Shown here piece after piece: positions 26,639-32,000 of a stretch of DNA of 32,000 bases (within the stretch, counting starts at the first letter, position 1; every line of letters begins with the position of its first letter). This DNA comes from Vibrio vulnificus CMCP6 (GTDB lineage: Bacteria; Pseudomonadota; Gammaproteobacteria; Enterobacterales; Vibrionaceae), in NCBI RefSeq assembly GCF_000039765.1, contig NC_004459.3, positions 3,166,104-3,198,103 on the forward strand, in the 5' to 3' direction. The notes below the pieces were generated by a model that had not been told where the DNA came from, ran no database searches, and saw nothing but the letters and a program-made list of their open reading frames with translations. The position numbers were made by a program, and so were the translations under genes.

Positions 26639-28005
26639 ATCCATTTTCTTCTAACAACGGCTTGTTTTACCTCGCCGATAAAGCATCGAAACAGAGCAAA
26701 GGGAATGAGCCTCGCATCATTCTGCTTAGTTTTTTGGCCGTGCTATTACCCTCCGCAATCCTGCTGACATTGCCCGTTTTTTCTGTCTCAGGCTTGTCGA
26801 TAACCGATGCGCTTTTTACCGCAACATCCGCCATTAGTGTGACTGGACTTGGTGTGGTGGATACCGGCGAACACTTCACCTTAGCAGGAAAAATCTTGCT
26901 GATGCTGCTGATGCAAATCGGTGGTTTGGGACAAATGACGCTTTCTGCCGTGCTACTTTATATGTTTGGTGTGAAACTGAGCCTTCGCCAACAAGCGTTA
27001 GCCAAAGAGGCGCTTGGGCAAGATCGACAAGTGAATCTGCGTCGATTGGTGAAAAAAATCGTCATCTTCGCTTGTGTCGCAGAGTTGATCGGTTTTGTGT
27101 TATTGGCGTTTCGCTGGGTGCCGGAAATGGGCTGGCAAAGCGGGCTGTTTTACGCCCTTTTCCACGCCATTTCTGCATTTAACAATGCCGGCTTTGCGCT
27201 CTTTTCTGACAGCATGATGAGCTTCGTTGACGATCCTCTGGTCATCTTCACCCTCGCTGCACTGTTTATTTTCGGTGGCTTGGGATTCACTGTGGTGGGA
27301 GATGTGTGGATGAACTGGCGACGCGGTTTTCACTTCCTCCATTTGCACACCAAAATCATGTTAGTCGCCACCCCTGCACTGCTCATTATTGGTACGCTGT
27401 TATTCTTCGTCTTAGAGCAGCACAATGCCAATACAATGGGCGAGTTAAGCACTTCTGGGCAGTGGCTTGCCGCCTTTTTCCAATCCGCCAGCGCGCGAAC
27501 AGCCGGATTCAACAGTGTCGACCTCGCCCAGTTCACGCAACCAGCCCTACTGGTGATGATTGTGTTGATGCTAATTGGTGCAGGTTCAACCTCTACAGGT
27601 GGCGGGATCAAAGTCTCTACCTTCGCCGTCGCGTTTATGGCGACCTGGGCATTTTTGCGTCAAAAGAAACATGTGGTGATGTTTCAGCGCACCGTGAACT
27701 GGCCAACTGTGACCAAATCTCTCGCAATCATTGTGGTCAGCGGCGCAATTCTTACCACGGCGATGTTCTTACTCATGATCACCGAGCAAGCTCAGTTTGA
27801 CAAAGTGATGTTTGAAACCATCTCTGCATTTGCCACGGTCGGTTTAACGGCAGGCTTAACCGCTGAGCTTTCGGAACCGGGCAAGTACATCATGATCGTG
27901 GTGATGATCATCGGACGAATTGGGCCACTAACGCTGGCTTACATGCTGGCGAGGCCGGAACCCACCCTGATCAAATACCCTGAAGACACCGTATTGACGG
28001 GCTAG
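26635..28005 (+). CDS. ktrB: Ktr potassium uptake membrane subunit (TrkH family)
   Basis: 456 aa; 'ATSAISVTGLGVVDTG', 'GAGSTSTGGGIKVSTFAVAF'. Confidence 0.93.
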   Translation: MNPFSSNNGLFYLADKASKQSKGNEPRIILLSFLAVLLPSAILLTLPVFSVSGLSITDALFTATSAISVTGLGVVDTGEHFTLAGKILLMLLMQIGGLGQMTLSAVLLYMFGVKLSLRQQALAKEALGQDRQVNLRRLVKKIVIFACVAELIGFVLLAFRWVPEMGWQSGLFYALFHAISAFNNAGFALFSDSMMSFVDDPLVIFTLAALFIFGGLGFTVVGDVWMNWRRGFHFLHLHTKIMLVATPALLIIGTLLFFVLEQHNANTMGELSTSGQWLAAFFQSASARTAGFNSVDLAQFTQPALLVMIVLMLIGAGSTSTGGGIKVSTFAVAFMATWAFLRQKKHVVMFQRTVNWPTVTKSLAIIVVSGAILTTAMFLLMITEQAQFDKVMFETISAFATVGLTAGLTAELSEPGKYIMIVVMIIGRIGPLTLAYMLARPEPTLIKYPEDTVLTG

Positions 28006-28083
28006 CAAAGCACGCACAATATCTCATTTTAGAAACGGCGTTTCGAAAAATGACTGGCGTTTGCTTTCGCGAGCAGTAAAATC

Positions 28084-28120
28084 GTCGCAAACCAGCAAAA
28101 CTGGTTTGCGACTTTTATTT
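28084..28120 (+). terminator. Terminator downstream of ktrB
   Basis: 12-bp perfect stem GTCGCAAACCAG-CAAAA-CTGGTTTGCGAC then TTTTATTTT. Confidence 0.85.
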
Positions 28121-28140
28121 TCTTCTTGGGGGTAATCACC

Positions 28141-28608
28141 GTGTTTGTCGGTAAAACAACAGAGCTCGCCTTTACATCTTGTCTCTCTTCAAATCTCAAG
28201 CAAATCATTACGCAGGTAGTGGCTAAACTGGCTGAGCCCATTGAAGATGGGCGTCATGAGTTGGACGGCGACAACGCGTTCTTTCTGGTCATGAGTGACC
28301 ATACTCAGCCACTCGCGTTAAGAAAATCAGAATGCCACCAGCGCTACCTCGACGTACAAATTCTGTTAAGCGGGAAAGAGACGTTTGGCTACAGCTTGCT
28401 ACCGTTTGCCGCATTGGATGAAGACTATCTCGCAGAGCGCGACTTGGCATTTAGTCACCATGTTGTGGATGAAAAGTTTGTGACACTCGGCGAAAACGAG
28501 TTCATTATTTTCCCGCCAGGGCAGCCCCATCGTCCGCTTATCGCACCAGAAGGCGAAGGCTCACCCGTGCGTAAAGTGGTCATTAAGGTGGATGGCGCAA
28601 CGCTTTAA
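28141..28608 (+). CDS. YhcH/YjgK/YiaL family protein
   Basis: 'HQRYLDVQILLSGKETFGY', 'FIIFPPGQPHRPLIAP'; the ORF track begins at a TTG (28126); GTG 28141 with GGGGGT upstream is a better start. Confidence 0.8.
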   Translation: MFVGKTTELAFTSCLSSNLKQIITQVVAKLAEPIEDGRHELDGDNAFFLVMSDHTQPLALRKSECHQRYLDVQILLSGKETFGYSLLPFAALDEDYLAERDLAFSHHVVDEKFVTLGENEFIIFPPGQPHRPLIAPEGEGSPVRKVVIKVDGATL

Positions 28609-28625
28609 TCTCACTCAAGGTCCAT

Positions 28626-30290
28626 ATGATAAAACGATGCGCCAAGCACTTGGGCCGCATCGTTTCTCCCTCCAATATCGTGAGCTTTACTGGATTTAAA
28701 CCTCACACGACTTGCATGCCTGCCGTGCCACTTCCAGAATATCTGAAGAATCCATTTTTTGGGCTTGGTCCGTTGCGAACATTTATCCATAAAGCATTGA
28801 CGTATTGTTCTGTGATGTTGCTCTGCGCGTGTACATCACTCGAAAATCACTCACCGTTCGACAAGCAACCGAGCTACCAACTGGGCTACCAAGCCGACTC
28901 TCGCCTTTCGGCCTATCTTAACCATCATCCTCAAGACAGAGAAAACTTGACCGCTTTTTTCCCTCTGGACAAAGGGCATGATGCGCTTCTCGCGAGATTG
29001 GCGTTAATCGAGGCAGCCGATAAAACGCTCGATTTGCAATACTACATCTTCCGCAATGACGAAACCGGACAATTACTGACATGGCGTTTATTTGAAGCTG
29101 CCCAACGAGGGGTCCGAGTTAGAATTCTCCTCGATGATATGCAGAAAAGGAACGATGAAGGATTGGCTCGATTAAGCGCTCATCCCAACATTCAGATTCG
29201 CTTGTTTAACCCGCATCAATATCGAACGGCACGTACGCTTGCGATGGCCAGTGATTTTTCACGACTCAATCGGCGCATGCACAATAAGTCCCTCACCGCA
29301 GACAGTGTGGTGGCCATTGTTGGTGGCCGTAACATCGGTAACGAGTATTTTTCGGTTAACTCTCCAGTCGAATTTGGGGATTTTGATTTGATGCTTTATG
29401 GCAACAGCGTTGAACAGACCGCCGAGCAATTTGATTTGTATTGGAACAGTCTCCATGCCGTACCAATTGAGTGGCTCACCGACAACCCCATTCCCGTCAC
29501 CGAAGAGGAATTGCAAGCTTGGCTAAAAGAAACCCAACTAGAACAAAAGTTTACTCAAGGTCGATACGACTTTACTCAGTTGCAACTGTACCAACAGTTT
29601 ACCGATAAGAGTTTGGTTTGGTATTGGGGTAAAGGGCAGGTTTGGTATGATCTGCCTGACAAAGTCGACACACAAGCACCACAATTAGCAGACAACCTCG
29701 CTTCGCTTTTAAGAACCGTGAAGGATTCCCTCGTCCTTATCTCGCCCTATTTCGTTCCAACGGAACGCGGCACACAAGCCTTGGTAGAAGCGGCCCATCG
29801 CGGCGTCGACATCACTATTGTCACCAACAGCTTGGCCTCAAATGACGTCTTTGCTGTGCACGGCTGGTACGCCAAGTATCGACAAGATCTTGTCGAAGCG
29901 GGCATTCAGTTATGGGAAACCAAAGCCAGCGCAAGAATTGACAGCAAATGGAGTTTCACTGGCAGCAGCCGCTCAAGCCTGCATGCTAAAGTGCTGTTAA
30001 TCGACCACCGATTGCTGTTTGCCGGCTCCATGAACTGGGATCCTCGTTCGGCTTTGCTCAACACCGAAATGGCAGCAGTGATCGAACATCCTGATTACGT
30101 TCAATCGTCAGAAGCCAAATTGCCTATGGGTTTAGAAACCAATGCCTATCAGGTGCGAATGAAAAACGGTGAAGTGGCTTGGTTTGATCACCAATCTCAA
30201 GTTTGGTTTGATTCCGAACCGGAAGCCACGGTATGGCGGAAAATCGGCGCTTGGTTTGCTGGCATTTTACCCATTGAAGAGCAACTTTAG
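28626..30290 (+). CDS. Phospholipase D family protein, cardiolipin synthase C-like, probable lipoprotein
   Basis: Two HKD motifs 'HNKSLTADSVVAIVGGRNIGNEYF' and 'HAKVLLIDHRLLFAGSMNWDPRS'; candidate lipobox 'MLLCAC'; start uncertain. Confidence 0.85.
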   Translation: MIKRCAKHLGRIVSPSNIVSFTGFKPHTTCMPAVPLPEYLKNPFFGLGPLRTFIHKALTYCSVMLLCACTSLENHSPFDKQPSYQLGYQADSRLSAYLNHHPQDRENLTAFFPLDKGHDALLARLALIEAADKTLDLQYYIFRNDETGQLLTWRLFEAAQRGVRVRILLDDMQKRNDEGLARLSAHPNIQIRLFNPHQYRTARTLAMASDFSRLNRRMHNKSLTADSVVAIVGGRNIGNEYFSVNSPVEFGDFDLMLYGNSVEQTAEQFDLYWNSLHAVPIEWLTDNPIPVTEEELQAWLKETQLEQKFTQGRYDFTQLQLYQQFTDKSLVWYWGKGQVWYDLPDKVDTQAPQLADNLASLLRTVKDSLVLISPYFVPTERGTQALVEAAHRGVDITIVTNSLASNDVFAVHGWYAKYRQDLVEAGIQLWETKASARIDSKWSFTGSSRSSLHAKVLLIDHRLLFAGSMNWDPRSALLNTEMAAVIEHPDYVQSSEAKLPMGLETNAYQVRMKNGEVAWFDHQSQVWFDSEPEATVWRKIGAWFAGILPIEEQL

Positions 30291-30313
30291 CCCTAACTAG
30301 CAATGCCGCATCT

Positions 30314-31228
30314 TTAAATTTCGCGGCTCTCCATGGCGCTGCTTGATACAACACGGTTTTTGCCACTCTTTTTGCCTTGATACATTGCGGCATCAGCTTG
30401 GCGAATGACGTGATGAAACGAGAGTGCACCTTGATTGCATGCGACTCCGAAGCTTGCGGTGAAGTGGTAAGCACCCAGCGTACCCTTCGATTCATTGAAC
30501 TCATCTTGAATACAAGCGGCCAGATCGTAGGCACGTTTGGCATCAAAGTTCGGCAGTAAGATCAGGAACTCCTCCCCACCCCATCTTGCGCAGTAACCAT
30601 GCTGCCCAATGACTCTGCGAGTAATCTCAGCGATTCTCACTAAAACTTCGTCTCCGACATGATGCCCATATTGGTCATTGATAGTCTTGAAATCATCGAT
30701 ATCAAACAAAATCAGAGCAAAGTTCCCTGACACTTTCCCCGCCATATCGGCAAGATAGCGGCGGTTGACCAATCCCGTCAGTGCATCGGTGGTCGCCATT
30801 CTTTTTAGTTGTTCATTTTGTTCGATCAATGCGCGCTGCAATGTCACCAAACCCGCATGAGTGCGAACTCTGGCCAACACTTCCATCACCTCGAAAGGCT
30901 TTTGAATATAATCGACACCACCGATCTGAAATGCGCGCACTTTATCTTGAACATGATCTAAGGCGCTGAGAAAGATCACCGGGATATCTTGTGTCGAGGG
31001 ATCCTTTTTTAGCTGTCGACACAGTTCATAGCCATCCACCTCTGGCATCATGATGTCGAGCAATATCAAATCAGGTTTCTTTTTTTGGCACATGCGTAAT
31101 GCACTCTTGGCACTCAAAGCGCCTTTCACCAAATAACCTTCGTTTTGCAGCAACTGACTTAAAAGCTTGACGTTATCAACGGTATCATCAACAACCAAAA
31201 TTTCCGTATTCGATGGTTCTACTTTCAT
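30314..31228 (-). CDS. Response regulator with GGDEF domain (diguanylate cyclase)
   Basis: REC 'DLILLDIMMPEVDG', GGDEF 'CARWGGEEFLILLP'. Confidence 0.95.
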   Translation of the reverse strand: MKVEPSNTEILVVDDTVDNVKLLSQLLQNEGYLVKGALSAKSALRMCQKKKPDLILLDIMMPEVDGYELCRQLKKDPSTQDIPVIFLSALDHVQDKVRAFQIGGVDYIQKPFEVMEVLARVRTHAGLVTLQRALIEQNEQLKRMATTDALTGLVNRRYLADMAGKVSGNFALILFDIDDFKTINDQYGHHVGDEVLVRIAEITRRVIGQHGYCARWGGEEFLILLPNFDAKRAYDLAACIQDEFNESKGTLGAYHFTASFGVACNQGALSFHHVIRQADAAMYQGKKSGKNRVVSSSAMESREI

Positions 31229-31266
31229 CTGCTTTCATTGCGACGCTTTTCCCGCAATGCCCTTTT

Positions 31267-32000
31267 TTATTCTTGAAATAACTCGTAAAGCTCATCAAAT
31301 TGATAGTTCTCTACCAAGCTGTTTAGACGGGTGCGAACCTCACTGTTCGCTATCGTTTGTTCGAACAAGTAATAGAGCTCCTGCTGCTGCCCTTGCTCTA
31401 TCGCTTCAACAATATCTTGAGTCGACTCGTGGGTTAAATCATCCAAAAAGCTCAGATCCAAGTCATCGAAGGATGTGTTCTCTGCCTCGTCTTGCCTCTG
31501 TTCATAGTCATACTCGAGATCGAGATGCTTCTTCATCATGTAAAACAAATCTTGCGGCATAAACGGCTTACGCGCAAAATCGTCCATACCTGACGCTAAC
31601 ATCTCTTCTATCTCGTCATTAAAGACACTGGCGGTCAAGGCAACAATTTTTACCTGGCTGTTCTCTGAGGCGGCACGGATTTCTTTCGTCGCTTGCAAGC
31701 CATCTTTTTTCGGCATACGACGATCCATCCAAATAAAATCAGGGCCCCAACTCTTATGCAGAGCAACCGCTTCTTCGCCGTCTCTGGCCAGTTTGACGGT
31801 AAAGCCCGCTTCCTGCAAAAGCGTGGCAAGCAACGTCTGGTTGTCTAGCTGGTCTTCTGCGATCAAAATCTTAGGACTGAATGAACCACTTTTTAACCCT
31901 AAGACTCTGGGCAAATTCGCAGGCTTGTTTTCAACCAAATGCTCACTGGTTTCCATCACAAGACTGAATGAGAAAGTAGAGCCTCGATGAAGCTCACTTT
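31267..32000 (-). CDS. Hybrid histidine kinase, C-terminal part (end of HATPase_c plus REC), truncated by window edge
   Basis: The reading frame is open past the ORF-track start (31959) to the window edge and reads ...SELHRGSTFSFSLVMETSEH..., typical of the end of a histidine kinase ATPase domain; REC 'DFIWMDRRMPKKDG'. Confidence 0.85.
   Translation of the reverse strand, partial: SELHRGSTFSFSLVMETSEHLVENKPANLPRVLGLKSGSFSPKILIAEDQLDNQTLLATLLQEAGFTVKLARDGEEAVALHKSWGPDFIWMDRRMPKKDGLQATKEIRAASENSQVKIVALTASVFNDEIEEMLASGMDDFARKPFMPQDLFYMMKKHLDLEYDYEQRQDEAENTSFDDLDLSFLDDLTHESTQDIVEAIEQGQQQELYYLFEQTIANSEVRTRLNSLVENYQFDELYELFQE

Noticed and set aside
27306-27800. 164-aa ORF overlapping ktrB in another frame
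   Set aside because: ktrB is unambiguous; the overlapping frame has the low-complexity Arg/His-rich composition of an out-of-frame translation.
31167-31562. 131-aa plus-strand ORF over the kinase/DGC junction
   Set aside because: Antisense to two supported genes; Ser/His-rich shadow translation.
1-32000. Mobile element, prophage, integron, toxin-antitoxin, CRISPR or novel defence island
   Set aside because: No transposase, integrase, long direct repeats, spaced palindromic arrays or attC-like sites seen; gene content and order are those of a Vibrio core chromosome.

Overview
This window looks like an ordinary core-chromosome segment of a Vibrio species; the assignment rests on protein resemblance and gene order, and no database was searched. 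It carries the 3' part of the rnf operon (rnfD-rnfG-rnfE), then nth, gloA, a DUF2753-like gene, motY, rnt, a NhaC/YuiF-like antiporter, a FrnE/DsbA-like gene, grxD, sodB, an SDR-like gene, adhE, a MarC-family gene, a Kv-type channel, a MshA-like pilin, asd, a second NhaC-family antiporter, a lipoprotein/transmembrane-Hpt gene pair, yejK, yejL, yejM, tRNA-Ser(UGA), ktrA-ktrB, a YhcH-family gene, a phospholipase-D-family lipoprotein, a REC-GGDEF diguanylate cyclase, and the C-terminal part of a hybrid histidine kinase cut by the window edge. I found no CRISPR array, phage, transposon, integron or recognisable defence island. The most interesting signals are regulatory RNA/DNA or small oddities: (1) a possible H-type pseudoknot sequestering the ribosome-binding site of the NhaC-family antiporter at 18096; (2) a G-U-rich 11-bp hairpin in the asd leader plus 11-bp phased CACATT repeats in the same divergent intergenic region; (3) an FNR-like box placed exactly at -41.5 of a candidate adhE promoter; (4) a Fur-like box filling the -35/-10 spacer of the DUF2753-like gene; (5) an SDR-fold protein lacking the canonical YxxxK catalytic residues; (6) a transmembrane orphan Hpt protein paired with a lipoprotein that also has a C-terminal transmembrane helix; (7) a structured adhE 3'UTR with a strong terminator.
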